Shown: in pieces, positions 55,507 to 64,000 of the stretch | How the letters are laid out: every line of letters begins with the position of its first letter | Numbering within the stretch: the stretch's first letter is position 1 | Source: Pseudomonadota bacterium | Lineage (GTDB): Bacteria > Pseudomonadota > Gammaproteobacteria > Burkholderiales > Rhodocyclaceae | Length of the DNA stretch: 64,000 bases | Reading direction: 5' to 3' | Assembly (NCBI GenBank): GCA_026399515.1 | Contig: JAPLQT010000121.1 | Coordinates: forward strand, 54,938 to 118,937 | Position numbers and translations under genes: made by a program | The notes under the pieces: model-generated | Database searches by the model: none | What the model was told of the DNA's origin: nothing | Seen by the model: the letters and a program-made list of their open reading frames with translations, nothing else

Positions 55507-57015
55507 TCACAGCAATTCACGCAACGCCGTCTTGAGCACCTTGCCTGCTGCGTTCTTGGGCAGCGCGGCGACGAACACGTAGCGTTTCGGCCGCTTGAAG
55601 CGCGCGATGTTGTCCAGGCACAGGCGTTCGAGTTCCTGCGCGCCGACCGCGCCGCGCCCGACCACGAAGGCGACCACCTGCTCGCCCCATTCGGCGTCGG
55701 CGACGCCGACCACCGATGCTTCCGCCACGGCAGGATGGGTCAGCAGTACTTCCTCCACTTCGCGCGGATAGATGTTGGAACCGCCGCTGATGATGACGTC
55801 CTTGCTGCGGTCCTTCAATGTCAGGAAGCCGCGCTCGTCGAGGCAGCCGATATCGCCGGTGTGCAGCCAGCCATGCGCCAGGGTCCGGGCGCTGGCATCG
55901 GGATTGTTGAGATAACCCGCCATCACCGTGTCGCCGCGCACCAGTACTTCGCCGACCTCCCCGCTCGGGAGCGACCGGTCCTCGTGATCCGCGATGCGCA
56001 CCTCGATGCCGGTGAAGGGCAGGCCGACCGAGGCCAGCATGCCCTCGTCGGCATCGGCATGCAGGGCTTTCGACATTGCGGTAATGGTCATCGGGCTTTC
56101 CCCCTGGCCGTAGATCTGGGCGAAACGCGGGCCCATGACGGCCATGGCGCGCCGGATGTCGGCGACATACATCGGGCCGCCGCCATAGACGATGGTCTTG
56201 AGATGGCTCAGGTCGGGGGAGGCGCTCTCGGCGCGGTCGACCAGGCGCTTGACCATGGTCGGCGCGGCGAACAGGGTGACGCCACGATGGGCGGGTAGCA
56301 GATCGAAGATTTCGGCGGGATCGAAGCCGCCCGACTCGGGGATGACATTGCACGCCGCCTGCGCCACGTGCGGCAGGATGTAGATCCCCGAGCCGTGCGA
56401 CATCGGCGCGGCATGCAGAATCGATTCGCCACTGGCGATGCAGTCCACGTCGGAAAAATAGTTGTGCGTCATCGCCAGCAGGTTGCGCTGGGTCAGCATG
56501 ACGCCCTTTGGTTTGCCGGTGGTGCCGCTGGTGTAGAAGAACCATGCCAGATTGGTCGTTTCGCGCTCGATAAATGTGTCGCTCGCGGTGGCGAGCAGTT
56601 TCGCATAGTCGCCGCTTGCCACATCGATCACGTGGCGCAGCAACGGCGAGGATTGTTGCGCCTGGGCCGCATCCCCGGCATGATCGGCGGTGACAAAACA
56701 GGCGGCGGCGCAGGAATCCTGGAAGATGAACGCCAACTCCTTCGGATGCAGCGTGGCGTTGATCGGCACCGCCGTCAGGCCGGCGTGCCAGCAGGCGAAC
56801 AGCAACTCGACATATTGAGGGCAGTTGCGCATCACCAGCGCAACGCGGTCCTGGGCTTGCAAGCCGAGCCGCTCGCGCAGGCCCGCGGAGAGCCGCGTGA
56901 CGCGCTCGGCCAGGGTCGCGTAGTCGCACCATACCTGGGCGCCGACGGCGACCGCGGGCTGTCGCGGATAAGCCCGCGCGGCACGCTCCAGCAAGTTGAG
57001 CAGGTTGGCGCTCAT
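55507..57015 (-). CDS. AMP-dependent acyl-CoA synthetase/ligase
   Basis: I placed the start at the ATG giving MSANLLNLLERAARAYP (57015). AMP-binding motif FYTSGTTGKPKGV and C-terminal GKVLKTALRE. Confidence 0.85.
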   Translation of the reverse strand: MSANLLNLLERAARAYPRQPAVAVGAQVWCDYATLAERVTRLSAGLRERLGLQAQDRVALVMRNCPQYVELLFACWHAGLTAVPINATLHPKELAFIFQDSCAAACFVTADHAGDAAQAQQSSPLLRHVIDVASGDYAKLLATASDTFIERETTNLAWFFYTSGTTGKPKGVMLTQRNLLAMTHNYFSDVDCIASGESILHAAPMSHGSGIYILPHVAQAACNVIPESGGFDPAEIFDLLPAHRGVTLFAAPTMVKRLVDRAESASPDLSHLKTIVYGGGPMYVADIRRAMAVMGPRFAQIYGQGESPMTITAMSKALHADADEGMLASVGLPFTGIEVRIADHEDRSLPSGEVGEVLVRGDTVMAGYLNNPDASARTLAHGWLHTGDIGCLDERGFLTLKDRSKDVIISGGSNIYPREVEEVLLTHPAVAEASVVGVADAEWGEQVVAFVVGRGAVGAQELERLCLDNIARFKRPKRYVFVAALPKNAAGKVLKTALRELL

Positions 57016-57024
57016 GCCGCCAGC

Positions 57025-57080
57025 CTCGCCCAAGGCGAGGCGGCCGTCAAGGCTCGCCCAAGGCGAGGCCGCCGTCAAGG
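57025..57080. repeat. Two tandem 28-bp units, each containing a GCCTCGCC-CAA-GGCGAGGC-type hairpin
   Basis: ctcgcccaaggcgaggcggccgtcaagg (57025-57052) and ctcgcccaaggcgaggccgccgtcaagg (57053-57080) differ at one position. They lie 9 nt upstream of the ligase ATG on the minus strand. Confidence 0.85.
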
Positions 57081-57180
57081 GGGGCACCGGTCGCTGCACG
57101 ACTTCCCACGCTCCATCGGGCGGGATAGACTCTCAGAAAGCGCGATAATCTGAAGCTTTCCAGTTCCCGACCCCACCGCC

Positions 57181-57675
57181 ATGAAACCTGAACAACGTGC
57201 CCCGGAAACGCCCGCGACGCTATTCCTGCGCAAGCATGGCGTCGCCCACTCCGACCATCTTTATGCCTACGAGGAACACGGCGGCACAGCCGTTTCCGCG
57301 CGCGAACTGAACGTTCCGGAACACTGCGTGATCAAGACCCTGGTGATGGAGGACGAGGCGGCGCATCCGCTGATCGTCCTGATGCACGGCGACCGCCAGG
57401 TGTCGACCAAGGAACTGGCCAGACAGGTCGACGCAAAGAAGATATCGCCGTGTACGCCCGAAACGGCGAAGCGCCACACCGGTTATCAGGTCGGGGGGAC
57501 CTCGCCTTTCGGGGTGAAGAAGCCGCTCTTGATCTGCATGGAGAAAAGCATCCTCGACTTGCCGCTGGTGTATATCAACGGCGGCCAGCGCGGCTACCTG
57601 GTCGGCGTGCACCCGCACGACATCCTGAGGGTGCTGGCGCCGCGGGTCGTCACGGTGGCCAAAGCTTCATCCTGA
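57181..57675 (+). CDS. ybaK: Cys-tRNA(Pro)/Cys-tRNA(Cys) deacylase, YbaK family
   Basis: 164-aa ORF. TPATLFLRKHGVAH..YAYEEHGGT, IKTLVM and TGYQVGGTSPFG are typical of YbaK/EbsC. Confidence 0.8.
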   Translation: MKPEQRAPETPATLFLRKHGVAHSDHLYAYEEHGGTAVSARELNVPEHCVIKTLVMEDEAAHPLIVLMHGDRQVSTKELARQVDAKKISPCTPETAKRHTGYQVGGTSPFGVKKPLLICMEKSILDLPLVYINGGQRGYLVGVHPHDILRVLAPRVVTVAKASS

Positions 57676-57745
57676 CTCACATGGTCGTCAGACCACTCCC
57701 GTGCCATGAATGTTTAAAGACAGGATTTATGCCCCCACCCCCCCA

Positions 57746-57763
57746 CCCCCGCCCGGGCGGGGG
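57746..57763. terminator. GC-only 18-bp palindrome (CCCCCGCCCGGGCGGGGG) between convergent ybaK and folB, a possible bidirectional terminator
   Basis: Preceded by the C-tract cccccaccccccaccccc. There is no clear U-tract on either side, so terminator function is uncertain. Confidence 0.35.
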
Positions 57764-57819
57764 GACAAATTGTTCGCTGCGCTCGTGAGTTACGGGGCGT
57801 TTCATAACCACATTTCACT

Positions 57820-58173
57820 CTAAGAACTCTTGCTGCGCTCGATCTGCACTCCGACCCGGCGCACGCCTTTCATGATGCCGAGCTTGGCGATGGAAATCTT
57901 GACCCAGGGTGCGCCGAACTCGTCGAGCATCAGGGCGATGACGAACTCCCCCAGCGTTTCCAGCAGATTGAAGTGACGTTCGGCAAGTTCCTTGCGGATA
58001 CGCTCGATCACCGCGTCGTAGCGGATGGTGTCGGCGATGTCGTCGTTCTTCGCTGCTGCGTCGGGCACGCCGAAGGTCAGGCTGATTTCCAGCGTCTGGG
58101 CGGCCGCCCGTTCGCGCGGGAAAATCCCGACATGCGCCTCGACGCGCATGTCGTCGATGAAAATGAAGTCCAT
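57820..58173 (-). CDS. folB: Dihydroneopterin aldolase
   Basis: 117-aa ORF. MDFIFIDDMRVEAHVGIFPRERAAAQTLEISL and YDAVIERI follow the FolB pattern. Confidence 0.8.
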   Translation of the reverse strand: MDFIFIDDMRVEAHVGIFPRERAAAQTLEISLTFGVPDAAAKNDDIADTIRYDAVIERIRKELAERHFNLLETLGEFVIALMLDEFGAPWVKISIAKLGIMKGVRRVGVQIERSKSS

Positions 58174-58229
58174 GATGAATTCCTGAAGGCAAGGCTACAA
58201 TGCCGCACATTCTAAGGTGAGAGTGGCTG

Positions 58230-58820
58230 ATGACTTCCGCAATTTTTGTCGTAATGGGTTACCTGCTGGGTTCGCTGCCGTTTGCGGTGATCGTATCGCG
58301 CGCCTTCGGCCTGGCCGACCCGCGCAGCTATGGATCGGGCAATCCCGGCGCCACCAATGTGCTGCGTTCGGGCAACAAAGCCGCCGCGGTGCTGACTCTG
58401 CTCGGCGACGCCGCCAAGGGCTGGGCGGCGGTATGGCTGGCCGCGCGATTTGGCGCAGAGGAGGCGGCCTTGGCCACGATCGGGCTGGCGGCCTTTCTCG
58501 GCCATGTGTTCCCGCTGTTCCTGGGATTCAAAGGCGGCAAGGGTGTCGCCACCGCCGTCGGCGTTCTGCTGGGCCTGCACTGGATACTGGCCCTCGCCGC
58601 GACGCTGACCTGGTTGCTGGTCGCCCTGGTCACTCGTTACTCGTCGCTGTCGGCGCTCGTGGCGGCCGTAGAGGCGCCGTTCGCCGCTTGGATATTGACC
58701 GACAGAGCAGATATTGCCGTGCCCGTCGGGATCATGTCCTTGATGCTGATCTGGCGGCACGCGGCCAATGTACGAAAATTGCTGGCGGGCACCGAAAGCA
58801 AAATCGGCGGGAAGAAGTAA
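58230..58820 (+). CDS. plsY: Glycerol-3-phosphate acyltransferase PlsY
   Basis: 196-aa [42 protein letters not shown] and [10 protein letters not shown] are PlsY hallmarks. Confidence 0.9.
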   Translation: MTSAIFVVMGYLLGSLPFAVIVSRAFGLADPRSYGSGNPGATNVLRSGNKAAAVLTLLGDAAKGWAAVWLAARFGAEEAALATIGLAAFLGHVFPLFLGFKGGKGVATAVGVLLGLHWILALAATLTWLLVALVTRYSSLSALVAAVEAPFAAWILTDRADIAVPVGIMSLMLIWRHAANVRKLLAGTESKIGGKK

Positions 58821-58827
58821 GCAAGCC

Positions 58828-59850
58828 TCAGCCCGCCGACAGGAATTCCTGCAAGGGCCAGCGTGGGCGCACCGCGAATGCGCCATTTTCCGAGGTGGCG
58901 GCGCCGGCCAGCAGACGCTGAGCGCCGCAAAAGGCGATCATGGCGCCGTTGTCGGTGCATAGCTCGAGTTCAGGGTAATACACCCGCACGCCGACCTTAG
59001 CCGCCGCGAGATCGAGCCTTTCGCGCAGCCGCCGGTTGGCGCCGACCCCGCCGGCCACGACCAGCCGTTGCATTCCGCAACTGCTCACTGCGGCAAGCGA
59101 CTTGGTCACCAGCACTTCGGTGACGGCTTCCTGGAACTCGGCGGCAAGATCGGCCCGGCCTGCATCGTCCAGCGGCCCGGCGCGCACGGCGGTCAGCACG
59201 GCGGTCTTCAGGCCGGAAAAACTGAAATCCAGGTCGCCGCTGTGCAGCATCGGGCGCGGCAGCTTGAAGCGGCCCGGCGTGCCGCTTTCGGCCAGCCGCG
59301 CCAGAGCCGGCCCGCCCGGATAGCCGAGACCGAGCAGTTTGGCGGTCTTGTCGAAGGCTTCGCCGGCGGCGTCGTCCAGCGATTCGCCGAGCAGTTCGTA
59401 AGCGCCGACTGCGGTCACGCGCATCAGTTGCGTGTGCCCCCCGGACACCAGCAAGGCGACGAAGGGGAAGGCAGGCGGATCGCGTCCGAGCAGCGGGGAA
59501 AGCAGGTGCCCCTCCAGGTGATGCACCGGCAGCGCCGGGATCCCCCGCGCCAGCGCAAGCGCAGCGGCGAAGCTGGCACCAACCAACAGGGCGCCGGCGA
59601 GACCCGGTCCAGCGGTATAGGCGATGGCATCGACATCGTCCATGCTTGCCCCGGCTTCGGCCAGTACCCGCAGCAGCAGAGGCACCAGCCGGCGGATGTG
59701 GTCGCGCGATGCCAGTTCCGGCACTACGCCACCGTAGGCCTCGTGCATCTCGACCTGGGAATGGACAGCATGACCCAGCAGGCCGCGGTCGGTATCGTAG
59801 AAGGCGACACCGGTTTCGTCGCAGGAAGATTCGAAGCCCAGAACACGCAT
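58828..59850 (-). CDS. tsaD: tRNA N6-adenosine threonylcarbamoyltransferase TsaD
   Basis: I placed the start at the ATG giving [19 protein letters not shown] (59850). HLEGHLLSP and [11 protein letters not shown] are present. Confidence 0.9.
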   Translation of the reverse strand: MRVLGFESSCDETGVAFYDTDRGLLGHAVHSQVEMHEAYGGVVPELASRDHIRRLVPLLLRVLAEAGASMDDVDAIAYTAGPGLAGALLVGASFAAALALARGIPALPVHHLEGHLLSPLLGRDPPAFPFVALLVSGGHTQLMRVTAVGAYELLGESLDDAAGEAFDKTAKLLGLGYPGGPALARLAESGTPGRFKLPRPMLHSGDLDFSFSGLKTAVLTAVRAGPLDDAGRADLAAEFQEAVTEVLVTKSLAAVSSCGMQRLVVAGGVGANRRLRERLDLAAAKVGVRVYYPELELCTDNGAMIAFCGAQRLLAGAATSENGAFAVRPRWPLQEFLSAG

Positions 59851-59907
59851 GCCGGGCATTCTACCCGGCCCGACTGTTGCAAATCGGCCACAAACACGAC
59901 TTTTTGC

Positions 59908-59936
59908 TTGGATTCCGACCGGAATGTGGATAGAAT
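59908..59936 (+). promoter_or_regulatory. Candidate sigma70 promoter for rpsU (TTGGAT-17 nt-TAGAAT)
   Basis: Hexamers at 59908-59913 and 59931-59936, 35 nt upstream of the rpsU ATG in the divergent tsaD/rpsU intergenic region. Confidence 0.35.
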
Positions 59937-59970
59937 AGCCGGCTCTTTGTATCAATCAGGGAAGCACCAA

Positions 59971-60183
59971 ATGCCGGGTATCCGCCTCAAGGAAAACGAG
60001 CCGTTCGAAGTTGCGATCCGCCGCTTCAAGCGCGCCATCGAAAAGACGGGGGTTCTGACCGAACTGCGTTCGCGCGAGTTCTACGAGAAGCCCACTTCAG
60101 AGCGCAAGCGCAAGCTGGCCGCTGCGGTGAAGCGCCATCACAAGCGCATCCGCGGCCAGATGTTGCCGCCCAAGCTCTACTAA
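59971..60183 (+). CDS. rpsU: 30S ribosomal protein S21
   Basis: [48 protein letters not shown]..., 70 aa. Confidence 0.95.
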   Translation: MPGIRLKENEPFEVAIRRFKRAIEKTGVLTELRSREFYEKPTSERKRKLAAAVKRHHKRIRGQMLPPKLY

Positions 60184-60221
60184 GAAGCAGCCGCTCCCGC
60201 TGCATCCGCTATTCACCAAGG

Positions 60222-60257
60222 GCCGGCACCGCGCAAGCGCTGCCGGCGTTTGTATTT
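60222..60257 (+). terminator. Rho-independent terminator after rpsU
   Basis: GCCGGCA-CCGCGCAAGCGC-TGCCGGC (with inner GCGC/GCGC pairing) followed by GTTTGTATTT. Confidence 0.55.
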
Positions 60258-60284
60258 CTGGAGACTGGAGACTGGAGACTGGAG
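60257..60284 (+). repeat. Heptanucleotide tandem repeat (CTGGAGA)x4 immediately upstream of the yqeY-like start
   Basis: ctggagactggagactggagactggaga is followed by ctgat ATG (60291). Each unit carries a GGAG Shine-Dalgarno-like core. Confidence 0.9.
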
Positions 60285-60290
60285 ACTGAT

Positions 60291-60737
60291 ATGTCGCTAA
60301 AAGAACGGGTCATCGAAGACATGAAGAACGCCATGCGCGCCCGCGAGACGGCGCGTCTGGGCGCCATCAGGCTGCTGCTGGCGGCAATCAAGCAGCGCGA
60401 AGTCGACGAGCGCATCCAGCTCGATGATGTTGCCGTCATCGGGGTGATCGACAAGATGCTGAAGCAGCGCAAGGATTCGATCGAGCAGTACCAGAAGGCC
60501 AAGCGCCAGGATCTGGTGGATGCCGAGCAATTCGAGGTATCGGTCCTGACCGCTTACATGCCGCAGGCGCTGTCTTCGGCCGAGGTCGAGGCCATCGTCA
60601 CGGCGGCCGTGGCCGAAAGCGGCGCCAAGGCTATCCAGGACATGAGCAAGGTGATGGCCCTGGCCAAACCCAAGCTGGCTGGCCGCGCCGACATGGGCGA
60701 AGTGTCCAAGCTGGTCCGGGCCAAACTGGCCGGCTGA
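60291..60737 (+). CDS. yqeY: GatB/YqeY domain-containing protein
   Basis: 148-aa ORF. SLKERVIEDMKNAMRARETARLGAIRLLLAAIKQREVDER is the typical YqeY N-terminus. Conserved position between rpsU and dnaG. Confidence 0.85.
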   Translation: MSLKERVIEDMKNAMRARETARLGAIRLLLAAIKQREVDERIQLDDVAVIGVIDKMLKQRKDSIEQYQKAKRQDLVDAEQFEVSVLTAYMPQALSSAEVEAIVTAAVAESGAKAIQDMSKVMALAKPKLAGRADMGEVSKLVRAKLAG

Positions 60738-60815
60738 CCAGGACCATCGCCGCGTCGGCCGGCGTTAAAATAGGCCCCGCAACTTTCTCCCGGCGTTCAA
60801 GTCGAATCGTTCGCA

Positions 60816-62594
60816 ATGATCCCTGAGTCATTCATCCAGGAACTGCTCGCCCGCGTCGACATCGTCGACGTGATCGAACGCCACGTCCCGCTGCGCAAGG
60901 CCGGCGCCAATTACAGCGCCTGTTGCCCGTTTCACACCGAAAAGTCGCCCTCGTTTACCGTCAGTCCCAGCAAGCAGTTCTATCACTGCTTCGGCTGCGG
61001 CGCCCACGGCAGCGCCATCGGTTTCATCATGCAATATTCCGGGCTGGGCTTCGTCGAAACGGTCGAAGAACTGGCGGGCAACGCCGGCCTGCAAGTGCCC
61101 CAGCAGATCGTCGCGCGCCGCCAGGACGAGGCGAAGAAGGCGCCGCTCACCGAGTTCATGGGGCGCGCGGCGAAGTTCTACCGCGAGCAACTGAAAGCCA
61201 GTCCGCGCGCGGTGGACTACCTCAAGCACAGGGGCTTGTCCGGCGAGATCGCTGCGCGTTTCGGTCTCGGCTACGCGCCCGACGGCTGGCAGAATCTCGA
61301 TCAGGTGTTCCCCGATTACAAGGCCGCGGAACTGGCCGAGTGCGGCCTCGTCATCGATAACGAGCAGGGCCGCCGTTACGACCGGTTCCGTGATCGCATC
61401 ATGTTCCCGATTCTTGACCAGCGCGGCAATGTCATCGGCTTCGGCGGCCGGGTGCTCGACAAGGGCGAACCGAAATACCTCAATTCGCCCGAGACGCCGC
61501 TGTTCGAGAAGGGCCGGGAACTGTATGGCCTGCCCCAAGCGCGCAAAGCCATCCACGACGGCGACAGCGTCATCGTTGTCGAGGGCTACATGGATGTCGT
61601 CGGGCTCGCCCAATCGGGGGTGGAGAATGTCGTGGCATCGCTGGGGACTGCCACCACCGGGATGCATCTGCAAAAGTTGTTCAGGCTGACCGATCACGTG
61701 GTGTTCTGCTTCGATCGCGACAGCGCCGGTGACAAGGCGGCATGGCGCGCCATGGAGGTGAGCCTGGAGCACCTGGCGGACAACAAAAACGTGGAGATCC
61801 TTCAGATGGACAGCCGCCAGGATCCCGACGAGTATATCCGCGAGCATGGCAGGGACGCCTTCCTCGCCTTCTCGAAAAACGCTACCCGGCTCTCCGAGTT
61901 CATGGTGAGGGAACTCGAACGACGCACCAAGCCTACCACCGCCGAAGGCCGGGCCCAGATGATCCATGAAGCCAAGCCGCTGTTGCAGCGCGTAACGGCG
62001 CCGGTCCTGCGTGTCCAGTTGACCAAGGCGATCGCCAAGGTCGCCCAGTTGTCCCAGGAGGAAGTCGAAGCGGCGTGCGGACTCAAGCCCCTGAACTTCG
62101 GCCGCCGTGCCCCGCCACGTTCGACGCATCGCCCGGTGGCCCGTTCGATCGAGCACCAGCTCCTCGAAAACATCCTGCACCAGCCGGAGCGGGCGGCGCG
62201 CCTGCCGCTGGAACTGATCGCCGGCGACAGCCCGGAGGAAGCCGCGTTGCGCGCCATTGCCGACGCCATCGACCATGGAGAGCTGCCTACCCAATTGAAC
62301 TCGGGCGGGACCAGGGTCGGATTGCTGCTGGAACATTTTCGCGGCAGCGAGCATGAAGCGACTCTGGCCCAATATACCAGCGCACTGGTCAGCGGGGACG
62401 TCGATGAAGAGGCATTGGAAGCGGAATTCGGCGATGCCCTGGAACGTTTGCGTAACGCCGGATTAACTACCGCGATTGCCGCATTGAGCTATAAAGAACG
62501 TAATGGAGGCCTCTCGGCCGAAGAGCGTCAGCACCTCGCCGCTTTGCTGATGCAGAAAACCGCAGCGGCGGCGAGAGCAAGGCAGAGAGACTGA
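60816..62594 (+). CDS. dnaG: DNA primase
   Basis: 592-aa ORF with zinc-binding CCPFHTEKSPSFTVSPSKQFYHCFGCGAHG, the RNA polymerase core and TOPRIM (VVEGYMDVV, FDRDSAG). Confidence 0.95.
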   Translation: MIPESFIQELLARVDIVDVIERHVPLRKAGANYSACCPFHTEKSPSFTVSPSKQFYHCFGCGAHGSAIGFIMQYSGLGFVETVEELAGNAGLQVPQQIVARRQDEAKKAPLTEFMGRAAKFYREQLKASPRAVDYLKHRGLSGEIAARFGLGYAPDGWQNLDQVFPDYKAAELAECGLVIDNEQGRRYDRFRDRIMFPILDQRGNVIGFGGRVLDKGEPKYLNSPETPLFEKGRELYGLPQARKAIHDGDSVIVVEGYMDVVGLAQSGVENVVASLGTATTGMHLQKLFRLTDHVVFCFDRDSAGDKAAWRAMEVSLEHLADNKNVEILQMDSRQDPDEYIREHGRDAFLAFSKNATRLSEFMVRELERRTKPTTAEGRAQMIHEAKPLLQRVTAPVLRVQLTKAIAKVAQLSQEEVEAACGLKPLNFGRRAPPRSTHRPVARSIEHQLLENILHQPERAARLPLELIAGDSPEEAALRAIADAIDHGELPTQLNSGGTRVGLLLEHFRGSEHEATLAQYTSALVSGDVDEEALEAEFGDALERLRNAGLTTAIAALSYKERNGGLSAEERQHLAALLMQKTAAAARARQRD

Positions 62595-62625
62595 TTCGTA
62601 CCCCAGCAGAAAATACGGGCACTAG

Positions 62626-62633
62626 TGTATAAT
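62626..62633 (+). promoter_or_regulatory. Extended -10 element (TGTATAAT), candidate rpoD promoter
   Basis: tgtataat lies 77 nt upstream of the rpoD ATG. I did not see a strong -35. Confidence 0.35.
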
Positions 62634-62709
62634 TACCGGTTTTCCCCAATCTTTGTCGGCCAGGCTGGCGTGGGCGCGAGTCCCACCATCCGCACCTGAC
62701 AGCGAGGAC

Positions 62710-64000
62710 ATGATGGTCAAAGCAACCGCCAAACCCGCCAAAGCAGTGGTAAAGAAAACTCCCCCGGCCAAGGCTGTCGCGGCCGCGCCCGTGCCAGTGG
62801 AAGTGCCGGCCAAGGCGCCAAAAGCCGCCAAGCTGAAACCCGAGCCACGCGCCAAGCGCGGCAAGGACCGGGCGGCCGACATGCCTGCCGCCTTGCCGCT
62901 CGACCTCGATGCCCGCCGTACCCGCTTGAAGAATTTGATCACGCTCGGCAAGGAGCGCGGCTACCTGACCTATGCCGAAATCAACGATCACCTGCCCGAC
63001 GACATGGTCGATGCCGAGCAGATCGAGTCGATCATCACTACCTTCAGCGACATGGGCGTCCAGGTCTATGACGAGGCGCCGGATGCGGAAACCCTGCTGC
63101 TGACCGAGCAGACCCCGGCCGTCGTCGATGCGGCGGAAGTCGAGGAACAGGCCGAACAGGCGCTGTCGACCGTCGACTCCGAATTCGGCCGCACCACCGA
63201 CCCGGTGCGCATGTATATGCGCGAAATGGGCTCCGTCGAACTGCTGACGCGCGAAGGCGAAATCGAGATCGCCAAGCGCATCGAAGACGGCTTGAAGCAC
63301 ATGATCATCGCCATCTCCGCCTGCCCGACCACCATCGTCGAGATCATCGATTCGGTCGGCAGGGTGGCACGCGACGAGATGCGCATCGATGAACTGATCG
63401 ACGGCCTGATCGACCCGAACGCCTCCGCCGAGATCGAGGCCCTGGCCGAGGACGAAGTTGCCGAGATCGAGGCCGACGAGGAGGACGACGGCAGCGCCGC
63501 GATCGCCGCTTCGCTCCTGAAGCTCAAGGGAGAGGCGCTGGAAAGATTCACGGTCATCTTCCACTTGCACGAAAAAATGCGCGTGGCCCTGGCCAAGAAA
63601 GGCTCGCAGGATCGCGGCTATCTCAAGCTGCAACAGCAGATTACCGCCGAGTTGATGAACATCCGCTTCACGGCCAAGACCACGGAGCGTCTGTGCGACT
63701 CCGTGCGCAGCATCGTCGACGACATCCGCAAGCATGAGCGCAAGATTCTGCACCTGTGCGTCGACAAGTCGCACATGCCGCGCCAGCATTTCATCAAGAT
63801 GTTCCCCGGCAACGAAATCAATCTGGACTGGCTCAAGCACGAAATCGCCGGCGCCAAGATTTATGGCGCCCAACTGATGCGCGCCGCGCCGGCGATCATC
63901 GAGGAGCAGCAGAAGCTGATCGATATGCAGACGCGCATCGGCATCCCGCTCAAGGAAATCAAGGACATCAACAAGCAGATGTCCACCGGCGAGGCCAAGT
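62710..64000 (+). CDS. rpoD: RNA polymerase sigma factor RpoD (5' partial in window; runs off the right edge)
   Basis: My own translation from ATG 62710: MMVKATAKPAKAV... (Lys/Ala/Pro-rich leader), then LITLGKERGYLTYAEINDHLPDDMVDAEQIESIITTFSDMGVQVYDEAP (region 1.1) and TDPVRMYMREMGSVELLTREGEIEIAKRIE (region 1.2). It is not in the ORF track because it has no stop in the window. Confidence 0.9.
   Translation, partial: MMVKATAKPAKAVVKKTPPAKAVAAAPVPVEVPAKAPKAAKLKPEPRAKRGKDRAADMPAALPLDLDARRTRLKNLITLGKERGYLTYAEINDHLPDDMVDAEQIESIITTFSDMGVQVYDEAPDAETLLLTEQTPAVVDAAEVEEQAEQALSTVDSEFGRTTDPVRMYMREMGSVELLTREGEIEIAKRIEDGLKHMIIAISACPTTIVEIIDSVGRVARDEMRIDELIDGLIDPNASAEIEALAEDEVAEIEADEEDDGSAAIAASLLKLKGEALERFTVIFHLHEKMRVALAKKGSQDRGYLKLQQQITAELMNIRFTAKTTERLCDSVRSIVDDIRKHERKILHLCVDKSHMPRQHFIKMFPGNEINLDWLKHEIAGAKIYGAQLMRAAPAIIEEQQKLIDMQTRIGIPLKEIKDINKQMSTGEAK

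Noticed and set aside
57025-60284. The small tandem repeats (28-bp x2, 7-bp x4) as possible CRISPR or minisatellite arrays.
   Set aside because: They have only two to four units, no spacers and no cas genes, so they are not CRISPR.

Overview
This is a high-GC chromosomal window. Its gene content and synteny (tsaD / rpsU-yqeY-dnaG-rpoD, plsY, folB, ybaK, uvrD, two ABC-F ATPases, a Liv-type ABC uptake cluster with acyl-CoA ligases) suggest a betaproteobacterium, which is inference only. I can support about 53 protein-coding loci. I recognised no rRNA, tRNA, CRISPR array, transposase or integrase. All family calls come from reading motifs in the supplied translations; no HMM or BLAST was run.

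Most of the window is ordinary core metabolism. Three accessory patches stand out:
- **8.3-10.0 kb:** BrnT/BrnA and HicA/HicB toxin-antitoxin pairs flank a roughly 75-aa remnant of an MmeI-family methyltransferase/restriction gene.
- **14.0-16.3 kb:** a lower-GC islet (small membrane protein plus a B12-binding radical SAM enzyme) sits between convergent core genes. It is bracketed by a 29-bp imperfect direct repeat with a 15-bp perfect core.
- **36.9-52 kb:** a larger accessory region. Its first 10 kb (37261-46817) is a co-directional ten-gene block and is my main candidate for an undescribed system.

The ten-gene block contains three parts:
- A lysis-cassette-like set: a 3-TM protein, two lipoproteins and a signal-less NlpC/P60 + PG-binding hydrolase.
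- Two lipolytic enzymes: a patatin/cPLA2-like phospholipase with a helical N-terminal module, and an SGNH hydrolase.
- A tight three-gene operon of TIR/nucleoside-deoxyribosyltransferase-like proteins: a DUF4071/MAP3K-TRAF-bd-like protein, a TIR protein with an unknown beta domain, and a prokaryotic-YEATS-TIR fusion. It has no canonical Thoeris, CBASS or NLR partner.

Downstream lie a DASS transporter / Crp-family regulator / cytoplasmic sulfotransferase module and an orphan AAA-DUF4143 ATPase.

Three otherwise recognisable genes (SDR oxidoreductase, patatin-like phospholipase, fused isobutyryl-CoA mutase IcmF) carry internal out-of-frame deletions. One IcmF junction is a perfect 40-bp palindrome. 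These are either real gene decay or assembly artefacts and need read-level checking.

Several small tandem repeats and palindromic candidate operators are also listed.
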